Virus record (IMG/VR): IMGVR_UViG_3300041964_000014
Span: 47,189 to 111,188 of that record
Reading direction: 5' to 3' (one strand)
DNA from: a virus
Length of the DNA: 64,000 nt
Part shown: positions 11,258 to 22,305 of the stretch, one piece after another
How positions within the stretch are numbered: position 1 is the stretch's first letter
Layout of the letters: every line of letters starts with the position of its first letter
Notes under the pieces: generated by a model
What the model was told of the DNA's origin: nothing
What the model saw: only the letters and a program-made list of their open reading frames with translations
The model's database searches: none
Program-made: the position numbers and the translations under genes

Positions 11258-12170
11258 TAGTTTTAGGGGCTTGAAATACAGCCCCGATTTTCGTAACCTA
11301 ACAGTTGGAGTATACTATGTTTTCAGCAATCCGTAAATTGTTTGCCCCGAAGACTGTGAATAATACAGGCACGATTACTCTAAATGAGTATATCGCCAAG
11401 TTACAAAAGTTAGCAAAACAGTATGGAGATAACCCAATAACTGTTCAGCTAACGGTAAAAGAAGATGAGGATTATTCAGATACCTGGATAGTATATGGTG
11501 TACCGGATATTTGGTTGCGACATAAAACTCAGCAATTAATTATTCGACCAGGCGATGCAAGTAAATTGTCGTCTGAGCTAATGGAACCTTTATTGGAAGA
11601 GGGATTTGGTGAAGAAGATGATGATTACTACAAAGAACGATTTTACTCAGCTTACAAGAAACTGTAAGTAACACAACGATAACTTGTAATTACTGCGTAG
11701 TAGTTGTGCCCCTTAGTGGTTAAGGGGCTTAGTTGTTTAGGAAAAACAGGGAGTACACTAGACTACTTAATCTTAATACCATTAAGTAGTCTAATTTTCT
11801 TATACTCTTAACAGCATTAAATTTCACAGGGTGTCTTTGCTCTTTTAGGTGTACAACTACTTACGGTTATTTATCGTAGGTAGTTTTCTTAGTAATTTAG
11901 TGTACTTAAATGACAAAGTTTGATCTTAGTAATAATAGTCCTAATAAAGACCCTTATATACTATGGCGAGAACTAGCTACAAGAGTCCGAAATAATAAGG
12001 ACTACAACCAAGTAGTATCTGTCACGGTTATGGAAGGTTACCTTCAAATACAGTTTGAAGGGCATACCAAGCTGTATTTCTATAGAGACAAGCACAAAAT
12101 TGCTTCACTATTAAGCCGCCAAGATGCCGAGTGGTGGTTAAGTCAACCGTTTTAGATAGTAGGAGGTTCG

Positions 12171-12362
12171 ATGTTACTTAGGTATGGGATTTACGAGGCA
12201 TTAGTTATGTATGACAAAGAATCCCACAAACTATGTGGGAGGATTACAAATATTGGGAATGATGTGGTAACTTTCCAAAGTACTACGTGGAAAGGAATAC
12301 AAGAGGAATTTAAAACCTCGGTTGACGATTACGTAGAATGGTGTGTTGAATTAGCGGCTTAA
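12171..12362 (+). CDS. HicB-like antitoxin (N-terminal domain only)
   Basis: Y..YEA.V.YD....LCGRITNIGNDVVTFQSTT...IQEEFKTSVDDYVEWC is the classic HicB N-domain. Confidence 0.8.
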   Translation: MLLRYGIYEALVMYDKESHKLCGRITNIGNDVVTFQSTTWKGIQEEFKTSVDDYVEWCVELAA

Positions 12363-12441
12363 TACGTACCCCGATTTGAGATCGGGAAGGGTAAATTAGT
12401 GGAATCTATTTTGTTTACTTGTATATTCAGAGGAAAAACAA

Positions 12442-13188
12442 ATGACTGAGTTTAGTTTGGATTTGGCTAAAGAATTAGTAGCATCTAACGATGAGTTTCC
12501 TGTTGATTTTGAGCAAGCATATGTTTGGTTAGAGTACTCTCGTAAGGATGTTGCAAAACGAGCGTTTTTAAATGTAGGCTTTATTGAGAATGTCGATTTC
12601 AAGGTTTTCCACACTTCTGCGGAAAACTCCCAAGGTGGTCGTCCCACTGAGATTATTAAGTTGACAGTAGATTGTTTCAAGCAATGGGGAATGGTATGTG
12701 GCAACGATAAAGGAAAACAGATTCGTTTGTATTTCCTTGAATGCGAAAAGGTAGCCAAACAAGTAACTAATATCCCTGCCGAAATGTTGCAGTTTATGCA
12801 GACTATGCAATCAGAAATGCGATTATTAAGGGAGCGTACTGAGAAACTAGATATTGTACAAGAAGAAAAGCAGCAACTAGCGTCAGAACTCCAAGACCGT
12901 AACACACTACTCAAACTGCTGGATGAAGCGGGCTACGAACACCAGGGTTGTTACAACATTGTCAATCAAGCCGTAGTTTCCCCAAAACAACGACTATTCA
13001 CAGCTTTTAAGTACCTTGATCATATGGGATACGATACTGGGTTTGCCAATATACTTGCACGTCGAGCAGCTGCTTTCTACCGTACTAGTAAGAAAATCGA
13101 GCCGCACCGTGATGCAGATAATAATCTGCTGTTTGAGGAAAGCTATTTAGCAGAAGTATATGAAGCACTCAAGCAAGTAGACGAATAG
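12442..13188 (+). CDS. AntA/AntB-like antirepressor with coiled coil and shared C-terminal module
   Basis: FPVDFEQAYVWLEYSRKDVAKR...FIENVDF...GGRP...LTVDCFKQWGM...GKQIRLYFLECEK. Confidence 0.75.
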   Translation: MTEFSLDLAKELVASNDEFPVDFEQAYVWLEYSRKDVAKRAFLNVGFIENVDFKVFHTSAENSQGGRPTEIIKLTVDCFKQWGMVCGNDKGKQIRLYFLECEKVAKQVTNIPAEMLQFMQTMQSEMRLLRERTEKLDIVQEEKQQLASELQDRNTLLKLLDEAGYEHQGCYNIVNQAVVSPKQRLFTAFKYLDHMGYDTGFANILARRAAAFYRTSKKIEPHRDADNNLLFEESYLAEVYEALKQVDE

Positions 13189-14208
13189 TTCTCTTATTGT
13201 TTCGGACATCTTAAAGGAGTTATCATGTCTCAACTAAAAAGAACCTTAGTAGTTACTAGTACTACTATCAATCTTGTGGGGACTAATGAATCTGGCGCAG
13301 TAGAAGAACTAATTGTATTTCGAGGCAAGGATATACGCGGAGCAGCTATTAAGGGAGATAAAGCTGAGTTGTTTGTAAATCAAGAGTCGGGAAACACTTG
13401 GATAAATGTTTCTCCTTGGAAAGAGCCACTAACCAAATGGCTCTTAGACGTAGATGGTACAACTTACGAGTAATCCGCTTTTGTAATTAGTAACTAGGAG
13501 AGTATCATGTTTGACGTATCGCACTTACCGTTTTTTACTCGTATGTATTGGGAAGCAGAATTCCAGTGGATAGCCGAATTTGAAGCCAAAATTATGGCAG
13601 TGAGAAAGTTACAGGAGCGGCAACAGTTCTTTCATTACCTAGGGAAGTTGAAGTGCTTTCCCCGCAAAGTGCATGATGCTAAGTCTCGGCGACACACACT
13701 AGCGATTCCTATTGCTAGTTTGGTACAAGCAGGTTTACTTAAACCCACTGGAAAATTACCCACGGAACATATTGTTAAAAAGCGGTACTTGACGAAAGAT
13801 GGGGGCGAGAAAGTAGTCCCAATGCTCAAGGTTTCTTACGTGAAGAAACTAGTCAATAAGCAGAAGAAATCATTAGCAGCATAATCCCTCACACACTTAG
13901 TAATTTACAAGGTCAATTAACTATGCGTTTAGTTTTGAAGTTGAAGAATGCTGAAAATCTGTACTATAGTAACAGCACCCGGACAGGATTAACAAGGTCT
14001 ATCAAAAAAGCTACTAACTGCAACATTAAAAGGTTGGTAGACATCTCTCCCAGGCTGTTAGACGTGTTTGACTTACTTGTGGTAGAGCCAGGTAAAACAA
14101 TGGAGTCTACTATGCAGTTTCCCGACAAAAACACTCAGGAAATATATCAGTCCTTGATCGATGCATTTTCTAACGGGGTTCCTCACGTTGAGTAAATAGT
14201 AGTATAGT

Positions 14209-14244
14209 GTCCGAAATAATAGCTTCCTCCTTGTTGTTTCGGAC
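14209..14244. repeat. Inverted pair of the motif
   Basis: gtccgaaataatag...cttgttgtttcggac. Confidence 0.85.
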
Positions 14245-14278
14245 TTCTAATGTGTAGATAATTATTTAGGAGATACAA

Positions 14279-14779
14279 ATGGTTGACCACATAATTAGCA
14301 AAGAATTAGCTAAAGCATTGGCAAGTACCTTAACACCGGGAAGTGACGTTCAAGTTGTGGCAGAAACTACTTATAAGCTTGTGGTATTGGAAGGACGGGG
14401 ATTAAAAGACAACGAAGAATTGTATGTAGTTCCGCCAGACCCTAATTCAGAAGTAGATGAAGACATTCGTAATAATTTCTCGGAAGGTATGTTTCCTCCG
14501 GGAATGCGGCTAAAATTAGCCAGACTGTTACGCCATGTTACGAGAAAACAGCTGACACTGCGACAATGCAAAGAACTATCTGAGTACCTATCTCCGACTA
14601 GTGAAAGCTTTGTACAGCAACTTCAGGGTAAGTACAGCAATTGTAGACCGTTACAAGTAAACAGCTTTACTCAGACTCAAGTAGGGCAGATAGCTCATAT
14701 TATTAGTATTGCGACTAATTACGCTCTGTCGTATGAGGACGCTGCAAAAGTAGCACAGCATATTGTTGATTTGTGGTAG
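14279..14779 (+). CDS. Protein with a ribosomal L7/L12 C-terminal-like domain, paralog 1
   Basis: RLKLARLLRHVT...LTLRQCKELSE; clearly paralogous to 15209..15694. Confidence 0.4.
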   Translation: MVDHIISKELAKALASTLTPGSDVQVVAETTYKLVVLEGRGLKDNEELYVVPPDPNSEVDEDIRNNFSEGMFPPGMRLKLARLLRHVTRKQLTLRQCKELSEYLSPTSESFVQQLQGKYSNCRPLQVNSFTQTQVGQIAHIISIATNYALSYEDAAKVAQHIVDLW

Positions 14780-14914
14780 TTACAAGATGAAGTGTCAACA
14801 TTGCGGTAGTAGCAATCTTAGTTTCGTGCAAATAATCACTATGTACTCTAAAAAGTACAAGGATTATAGATGTAACGATTGTCGTAAGAACACAGCCTTC
14901 ACAGCATAAACATA

Positions 14915-15145
14915 ATGGAAACTCTCCACAGTCCTAACAGTGATGTATTTAAGTTTGCAGTATTTGATGAAGTGAGTTTCGCCATGTTAGCTAATGTGGC
15001 TAATAAATTGTATTTGTATCGGGGGATAACCCCGAAAGTCTGGAAAGAGTTGCTAGCAGCTGAAAGCAAAGGTAGGTATTTCAATGTGCAAATTAAAGAT
15101 CGGTATCAGACTACGGAGTTAAATAGTCTGGATATTGTGAAGTAA
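14915..15145 (+). CDS. KTSC domain protein
   Basis: S.....A.FD......L......YLYRGITPKVWKELLAAESKGRYFNVQIKDRY. Confidence 0.85.
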   Translation: METLHSPNSDVFKFAVFDEVSFAMLANVANKLYLYRGITPKVWKELLAAESKGRYFNVQIKDRYQTTELNSLDIVK

Positions 15146-15208
15146 CTTGCTTACTACGGGAAATTTCTTCGGGGTGTCTACTATTTACTTACCTAAGGGA
15201 GTTATATC

Positions 15209-15694
15209 ATGTCTACGAATCTTACACTCGACCAAGCCAAACAATTTGCTCAAGCGTTACCCTACGATAGTAACTTAAGGGTAGTTGTCGCTAGTACTGA
15301 GACTTATAAGCTCGTTAATGCTGACGAGTATGCGCCGCAACCGGGAGAATCGTATTGGGCAACAACACCTAGTGTAATAAGTCAGATTCAGAATCGATTT
15401 CCTGAAGGTTATTTGTCTGGCAACTCATGTATCAAATTAATTAAGTTGCTTCGGACTATTGACACCAACTTAGGACTTCGCGAAGCCAAAGATGTTGCCG
15501 ACTACTTACTTCCATCCATAGAGGCGACAAAAGAAAAGTGGAAACAGCAAATCTCAGATAGCACTGCCTTACAGGACAATAAGTTTTTTGGTTGTGATGC
15601 CTCCGCTTTGGAAGACTTAATTGAAATACTCACGAATGATCAGCTTAATTCCGAGGATGTGAAAGAAATTGTGAATGTATTAATCGGTAAGTAA
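15209..15694 (+). CDS. Protein with a ribosomal L7/L12 C-terminal-like domain, paralog 2
   Basis: IKLIKLLRTIDTNLGLREAKDVAD matches the L7/L12 CTD pattern KI..IK.VR..TGLGLKEAK..VE. Confidence 0.55.
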   Translation: MSTNLTLDQAKQFAQALPYDSNLRVVVASTETYKLVNADEYAPQPGESYWATTPSVISQIQNRFPEGYLSGNSCIKLIKLLRTIDTNLGLREAKDVADYLLPSIEATKEKWKQQISDSTALQDNKFFGCDASALEDLIEILTNDQLNSEDVKEIVNVLIGK

Positions 15695-15708
15695 ACGTTA
15701 AGCAAAGA

Positions 15709-15742
15709 GTCCGAAATAACAAGACACTTATTTATTTCGGAC
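15709..15742. repeat. Inverted pair of the motif
   Basis: gtccgaaataacaag-aca-cttatttatttcggac. Confidence 0.9.
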
Positions 15743-17317
15743 TTCTGCATTCCTATTCCAAAAGGAGATTTCTATGTTGGTGCCTAATGTTGCCAGATGT
15801 ATACGCAGCTTGTTTTCTAAGCCTCCTTTGCATTTGAAGCATTCCGATTGGAGCTATGTATTTAAGTGTTCATCTGGGTACGTAATCGCGGGCATCCCTT
15901 TATCGGAAACAACGCGAATTCCGTCGCATAGCTTACTTGTAGAACTTTACGCGGATGAGAAAGGAGACTCGTATCACTTTGGTAAGTTTGCTGACGGCTC
16001 AGTAATACAACTCAATCCGGTACATTGGTCAGAAACACCTCCACAGCTAGTTTGGCATCCCCCTGATTTTGATATTTGGGATAAGTTATCTGTAGCAGGA
16101 TTAGCTCCGAGATACCCTAAAGAGCAAATAGATAAAGCTTGTCAAGCCGAGAAAACACTTAAAGAAGCTTACTCACAGTATGAAGCCACAATGAAACAGT
16201 TGGGAGCTGAACTAGTAGATGAACGTTGGGAAAACTTGGAATGCTATCAATTTCCTACCCATCCGTTAATAGAGTTTTATGCTGACTCCGAATTAGGAGA
16301 ATAAGTTTATATGAATATCCGTATAACTGCCAAGAAAGTACTGTGGGCTTCAGTGCATAGAACTGGGGAGTCTAAGCTTCAAGCGGGAGAGTCAGCCACA
16401 ATTACCAAAGCCGTGGTAGCTCACCCGACTAATCCTCTGTATGAGGTGACTAAAGCGGATGGTAAACAATTTGTGGTGTATCGTGACGATTTAGTTGAAT
16501 GTGGGGCTTTAGATAGAATACCGGAATGATGTAATAGTCCGAAACAATAAGGGTGTGTTTGCTACTTCCGATGTTGTTATTTAATGGTAAGGAGTTACTA
16601 ATGACGGCTACCGTAATATACGTTGCGAGTTTAGTGGTATTAAAATTAGATGGTACTATTCACACTAAACCAGTTATTAGTAACCCCGCAGCTTATTCCT
16701 CCTTGTCAAGTTTTGTTGAGAGTTGTGTTACCAATATTAAAAGTGTGGCGGAGTTTAGTAATACTAAAATAGTGGGTTGTTTTGCTCATGAGGTACTCGA
16801 TATTAGTACTGGTAAAGTAATGGTATTAGATGAGGTTAGTTTTATGGAGGATAATAGACCAACTATCAATTAAGCCCCGCAGTTAGGTAGTCTTTATTGT
16901 TTCGGACACTTAGTAGTTAGCAAGTTAAAAAGGGTAAGACTATGGATGAGAATTACAAACGTAAATGGCAAGAAGCTCTACGCAATGGGGGCTATCTTAA
17001 AACAGAAGGGGTACTAAGAGATAGTACTACTGGAATGCCTTGTTTTTGTGCAGTAGGAGTATTAGCAGATATCTTTGTTCAAGAATCCGATAACTATTAC
17101 TGGGATGAGGATGACTATTTAGTGGATAAGACTACTAAGCTTAAGTATTACGATAGTTTACCAAGAGAGGTATTGAGCATGATAGGATTAGAAGCTTATG
17201 ACGAGTGTGTCATAACTGCAATAAATGATAAAGAAGATACGGATTTTGATCAAGTAGCCGATGCACTAGAAAGATATTAAACTGTTTAATTTACTAGCCC
17301 TACTTTGGAGATTACAT

Positions 17318-18235
17318 ATGACCACTACTATGCCTAAATTAGGGCTGTGTTGTTTAACAGATGATAAGATAATTAGTTATCGCACAATAACTAAGACGAG
17401 GTTTGAGAGACTTAATTACAGCGAACAATATACTGCGCTATATAAGATATATAGCGACAATGTAGCTATGTTTGCTACAGCTATTAAATACTGTAGTGAT
17501 AACGGTATTAAAATGTACCGTGTAACAAGCCATCTATTTCCCTTTTACGAGAGTACCGTAGGAGCAGATATTTTAGATCACTTAACCGATAAGTTGCTAG
17601 ATGTAGGTAATTTAGCGAGAGCATTAGATATAAGGGTAGTAATGCACCCAGATCAATGGGTAGTTCTTAGCTCCGATACTAAAGAAGTTGTGGAGCGTAG
17701 TATCCAGGAACTACAACATCACGCACGAGTGTTTGATGATATGGGATTATCTCAGACACACTATAACTTGCTTAACATTCACGGGGGTAAGAGAGACAGG
17801 CTTAATAACCTGATAAAGGTTATCAATGATTTACCTACCAACGTTAAGTCCCGACTCACATTGGAGAATGACGAAAACTGCTACAGTGTCAGAGAGTTGT
17901 ATAAGGTACACGAGCTGACCAACATACCCATACTCTTTGATTTCCACCATTCAATTATTAATAACAAATTGTGCAGCTATGATCACAAGAAGATTACCGA
18001 AGAATACCAAGTTGCAGCCTCCACATGGTCTCAGCACAGTAACGTCACTACTCATATATCTAATGGCGCTGCTGATTTGTTGGATAGCAAGCATAGTGAT
18101 TATATTGTTAGATATCCAGAGTTACTACTCACAGTACCGTGGGTAGAGGTTGAGGCTCGGAAAAAAGAACTAGCATTGGTACAATTGAAACAAAGTTTAG
18201 AAAACTATTATGGACATGACCACACAAACAATTGA
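17318..18235 (+). CDS. uvsE: UV damage endonuclease
   Basis: LGLCC, YRVTSHLFP, MHPDQWVVLSS, NIHGG, RLTLENDE, FDFHH, HSDY, VEVEARKKELA. Confidence 0.92.
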   Translation: MTTTMPKLGLCCLTDDKIISYRTITKTRFERLNYSEQYTALYKIYSDNVAMFATAIKYCSDNGIKMYRVTSHLFPFYESTVGADILDHLTDKLLDVGNLARALDIRVVMHPDQWVVLSSDTKEVVERSIQELQHHARVFDDMGLSQTHYNLLNIHGGKRDRLNNLIKVINDLPTNVKSRLTLENDENCYSVRELYKVHELTNIPILFDFHHSIINNKLCSYDHKKITEEYQVAASTWSQHSNVTTHISNGAADLLDSKHSDYIVRYPELLLTVPWVEVEARKKELALVQLKQSLENYYGHDHTNN

Positions 18236-19663
18236 ATCCCCCGTAGGAATAATCGCCCGGACTGCTGACTTCACCTACTATTTAAAATCGTACCAAGTAC
18301 CCGACAACTGGTTACTCCCAGAAAGTCTCCAGAAAAAGCTAGGGGCAAATGATTTGCATAAACAAGCTAGTGGTAAAGGAGTAGTCGGGAACACTCCGGG
18401 ATTTACTGGCAAGATGTTGGACTTGAGTATAGTGCCTGTGGAATGAACAAAACAGTATTTGGAACTCTCCAAAAACGCAAGGATAGAAATAAGTGGTATC
18501 TTCTAACTGATAGAGGTGCCACTTATTTTATTTCGGACTATGAGCCTTTGCTTGTACTTGTGACTTCAGGGGATATTGGAAAGAACTTTAAAGGACAAGT
18601 TACTGAAACTCCTACAGGGTTGTATAATGGATTCGTTAATAATTCAACCTTAGAACGAGCATGAAACGCAGAGTAACATTAATAGTTCATCCCCCTGGTT
18701 TACCTATGAAAAGTATAAAGAAGGTGTATGCAGGAGAGTACACTACTTGGGTTAATCCTGGAGATGCTATTCCACTGGCTAAATACAACTTTTACCAGGA
18801 GAATCCTAAACATAAGAATTGGGTAATTACACGAGAAATCGAGGAACCAATGGAATGATTGAAAATAACTTGCCAGATTCCCTACTCCTATACACGGGGG
18901 TAGGGTTTTATTTGTCAGTAATGTGCATCTACATTGCGGGAATGTACGATATCATTTGGTCGGCAGATGACCTTCTGCATAGAGAGAAAATAGTTAACAC
19001 TATTTTTATAGTGTGCATATCTCCGCTATGGGTGCTGATTGCGTTGTATGTGTTTATAAAACCCCTCTTAACCGGAGACGATGATTACCAGTAAGTATCG
19101 CTCTCAGGCTGTTTTTGTGACAAACTAAGGAGTTGCTTTATGATGATGTTAGTACCTGCATCTACACACAAGGCATTGCACGAGATTTCCAGACTTTACA
19201 GAGTTAGTGTGCTGGATTTAATCAACTTTCATGGCAGCATATCTCAGGTACTAGAAGACTATGGATACGAATACTGCGATTGAAATCTATCACAAAGATG
19301 TTAGCTACAGTTTAGTTGTAGCTAAACGTCCTATCACAATGATGTTCTTGTATCGGATCGTTAGGTTCGCATACAATGAATCATTATACAGCTACGTCCG
19401 AAATAATCAGAGCGATAATTCTGATTACTACATTCCTGGTTTAGGGGCATTTCAATTGCAAGCACTAGATCCGGGTACTGACATCACAGTCGTTCGATTA
19501 GGTGGTCATCCTGTTTCTCTTGCACGGTACTTAACACCTATGCTAGGATATACTCCAGAACTCTGGAGTGAGGAACAAGTGTTTGAGCAATTTTTGGCTC
19601 AAACCGCATAGAACAAAGTTACGAGTTTCACTGTACACACTGTTTACTTAGAGGTTCTTTCTC

Positions 19664-20047
19664 ATGGCTAACACTAACTTTTTCGGTCGTTTCATCAATC
19701 GTGCAGCTGAAGTTGTTTTTGGTGCTAATGAATCTGATGTACAACAACCAACACTGTCTGTCGAATCATTGCAAGTTGAGCAAATCGAAAAAGATGACGC
19801 GGCTAAAACAGTTACTTTACGGGCACAAGTCGGACTTACTCCAATTGAACTTACAGTCCCCGTGGGTACAACTTACTTGGAAATGATTGAGCTTTCCAAA
19901 AAGCAAGTGCCGGGATTAAATGTCTCAGCTGAGTCCGTGACTATCTTAAATACGGATACTAATGTAACGGTGCCCAACAATGCAATGACAACTCCAGTAC
20001 AGGAAGGTAACTACTCCTTCGAGTCTACTAGCGGTACTGCGGGTTAG
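19664..20047 (+). CDS. Ubiquitin-like (beta-grasp) protein 1, C-terminus ESTSGTAG
   Basis: Terminal Gly motif GTAG (compare PRTRC protein C GTKG); beta-strand/helix pattern TVTL...ELTVPVGTTYLEMIE; directly upstream of JAB/E2/E1. Confidence 0.75.
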   Translation: MANTNFFGRFINRAAEVVFGANESDVQQPTLSVESLQVEQIEKDDAAKTVTLRAQVGLTPIELTVPVGTTYLEMIELSKKQVPGLNVSAESVTILNTDTNVTVPNNAMTTPVQEGNYSFESTSGTAG

Positions 20048-20074
20048 AGATTGATTTAGTTCCGTCTACTGATT

Positions 20075-20118
20075 GAGATACAGGGGATTATACATCTCCT
20101 GTATTTCTTGTTTGTTTG
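20075..20118 (+). terminator. Intrinsic terminator after Ubl1
   Basis: gagatacaggggat-tatac-atctcctgtatttc followed by ttgtttgtttg. Confidence 0.6.
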
Positions 20119-20158
20119 TATAACGTCCACATTCAACTACAAAAGAACGAGAATCACT

Positions 20159-20524
20159 ATGGCTATCAATAACTTCTTCGGTCGCTTCGTTTCCAACTTC
20201 GCCCCTAAGTCCAACGAAGTCTCATTGCCTGTAGAGTCAGTAACTGCCGATATCGAAACAATCTCCGAGAACAAAGAAGATAAGACTGTGACTGTCTCGG
20301 TTACTTATAAATTCACCAGCGAGACATTTACGGTGGCTGTGGGAACGACAATGAACAATTTGTTCAAGTTAATTGCTGCTAAGTTCTCTATTGGCTCACT
20401 CGATGCAGTGGCTATTCTTAATACTGAAACCAATAGTGTTGCAAAGCTAGCCGATGTGCAGGAAACCCCGATCACCGAAGATACTTCTCTGTCTATCGAA
20501 GACACCAGTGGTACAGCTGGTTAA
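20159..20524 (+). CDS. Ubiquitin-like protein 2, C-terminus EDTSGTAG (likely start MAINNFFGRF at 20159)
   Basis: Paralog of Ubl1 over its whole length (NFFGRF, VES, KTVT, TV.VGTT, ILNT.TN, TP, TSGTAG). Confidence 0.75.
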   Translation: MAINNFFGRFVSNFAPKSNEVSLPVESVTADIETISENKEDKTVTVSVTYKFTSETFTVAVGTTMNNLFKLIAAKFSIGSLDAVAILNTETNSVAKLADVQETPITEDTSLSIEDTSGTAG

Positions 20525-20567
20525 TCTGGTAGCAATCAGATAGAGGATAAAGGCGCGTAGTTAATCC

Positions 20568-20600
20568 GGTCTGGGAGTGTAGTGCTTCCAGACCTTTTCT
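20568..20600 (+). terminator. Intrinsic terminator after Ubl2
   Basis: ggtctgggagt-gtagt-gcttccagacc followed by ttttct. Confidence 0.65.
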
Positions 20601-20620
20601 GTAATGTTTAGGAGACACAA

Positions 20621-21526
20621 ATGAGACTTATTAACGGAATGCGTGTTCGGCTAGCTACGGAATATCCGTATGGTAGTTATATCGCCAGAGATACTACCCC
20701 CGAAGAAGGTGGGCTAGAATTCGAGGCTTTGAATTATCTAGACCCTAATCCCGATCTACCGAAAATCCCCCAACAACTGTTTCGTAAGCTGAGTAAGTTC
20801 TTCTACGATTACGCATCTAAATCTCTGGAGGTTCACGCACGAGTAGTATATAACCCTCGTGATAAAAGTTTCCGGGTGTTTGTCCCAACACAAACAATTG
20901 CCGGAGCTAGTGTTGACCACTTTGAATACTCCCATGCCGTAGACCTGGAGACGGGAGAATCAGTATCTCTTCCACACAAAGACTACGCTACTCTGTGGCA
21001 GTTTCATGTGCATCCGTTTGCAATGCCGGGACCTTCTAGTATCGACGATAACGGTTTTCCAAACCAGCCAGGTACTGGAGAACTTGATCGCCCCGGTGGA
21101 TATGGGATATTCAGTTGTTGGAATAAGAACAAAGACGGATATGCTATTTTCACCCTTCGCTGTAACGTAGTTGTTTCGGACGGATTTAAAACCCGTAACA
21201 AGAGACTAGACATTGCTACTAGCGATGTAGTTGAAGGTGTTGAAGATGGTGAGCAGATACTTGTATACAATGTGCCTTACAGTGAATTAGCACATAGTGT
21301 TGTGTCTAGATATATACCAAAGCCTCAAGCGAAAGTAAAAGGCGGCGTTAATCTACTTAACGTCCAGTATCTGCCTAAGAATTTTGTTTCCCAAGCACAA
21401 GCATCAGACTATCTAGCGTTAGATAGCGTAATACACTCTCACTCTTTAGAGGAAGTGTTAATGGCACTTCAGATTAAGTACGACAAGGCTCAAATAGAAA
21501 CAGCACTGAATACAATGTTTGGCTGA
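20621..21526 (+). CDS. JAB/JAMM (MPN+) metalloisopeptidase, PRTRC protein A-like
   Basis: Upstream Glu (SLEVHA), VP.Q....ASV, and JAMM motif H-x-H-x7-S-x2-D in FHVHPFAMPGPSSIDD. Confidence 0.85.
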   Translation: MRLINGMRVRLATEYPYGSYIARDTTPEEGGLEFEALNYLDPNPDLPKIPQQLFRKLSKFFYDYASKSLEVHARVVYNPRDKSFRVFVPTQTIAGASVDHFEYSHAVDLETGESVSLPHKDYATLWQFHVHPFAMPGPSSIDDNGFPNQPGTGELDRPGGYGIFSCWNKNKDGYAIFTLRCNVVVSDGFKTRNKRLDIATSDVVEGVEDGEQILVYNVPYSELAHSVVSRYIPKPQAKVKGGVNLLNVQYLPKNFVSQAQASDYLALDSVIHSHSLEEVLMALQIKYDKAQIETALNTMFG

Positions 21527-21531
21527 TCAAT

Positions 21532-22305
21532 ATGGTACAAGTTACTACTCCACCTAACATACAAGCTATTGTGACTGTATCTGATTCTGATGAAGATACT
21601 GTTGCAAGAGGGATGATTCTATTGTGTGATGAAATTGATGTGCGCCTACAAGTCCGCCGTGGTGTACTGTCGGAGGCAATATACTACGAGCGTTGCAGAA
21701 ACTGCAAAACCAGGGCACAGAATAAGTGCATTGGGGGAATGAAAATAATCAAAGACCATCTGTGTCCCGAAGGTGTAACTGCAAGATCCGAAATAGCATA
21801 TATCCCCAAAAGATTACCTCAGCACATTGTGTACATTGATGGATCTCTGGAATACTATCTCTTTGTAGTTGAAGGGGAGATAACACCGGAAGGGAATCTC
21901 AGGGTATTTCCCATGATGCTAGGTAACATAACTACATACGGCTCACTTTGTTCTGGAAATATGAGAACAAGGAGATGGAATTTCGCTGAATCATATGCAG
22001 CTATTTGGCAGCTGCTATGGACTGGCGATTACAACTATACAGAGCATTCTATTGCTCAGCTAATCGAGAACTGGTCTCCGGAATGGCAGAAAGAAAACTA
22101 CAGATACGATGATCTAGATACACTGTACAAAGACTTGTTTAGTTTAGTGGGAATACGTTCCTTAGATCAGACAGTAATAAGGCAGCCGGGTACTTACGAT
22201 ATATACAATGCTCGTGAGCTTTACTCAAGCAAAGTATCGGAACTGATAAAAGACGGATATGAATACTTGAACTGCCGAGTGCTAGGCAAAAGGATAGATA
22301 GCTAA
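21532..22305 (+). CDS. Prokaryotic E2-like conjugating protein (PRTRC protein B-like)
   Basis: FPMMLGNITTYGSLCSG matches the E2 N-x4-G-x2-C active-site signature; sits between JAB and E1. Confidence 0.65.
   Translation: MVQVTTPPNIQAIVTVSDSDEDTVARGMILLCDEIDVRLQVRRGVLSEAIYYERCRNCKTRAQNKCIGGMKIIKDHLCPEGVTARSEIAYIPKRLPQHIVYIDGSLEYYLFVVEGEITPEGNLRVFPMMLGNITTYGSLCSGNMRTRRWNFAESYAAIWQLLWTGDYNYTEHSIAQLIENWSPEWQKENYRYDDLDTLYKDLFSLVGIRSLDQTVIRQPGTYDIYNARELYSSKVSELIKDGYEYLNCRVLGKRIDS

Larger units (their letters stand above)
6742..19611 (+). other. Dense array of small co-oriented hypothetical ORFs (early/host-takeover type region)
   Basis: About 35 ORFs, mostly 60-180 aa, many with GGAG/AGGAG RBS, all on the + strand; recognisable members are listed separately. 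Confidence 0.8.
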
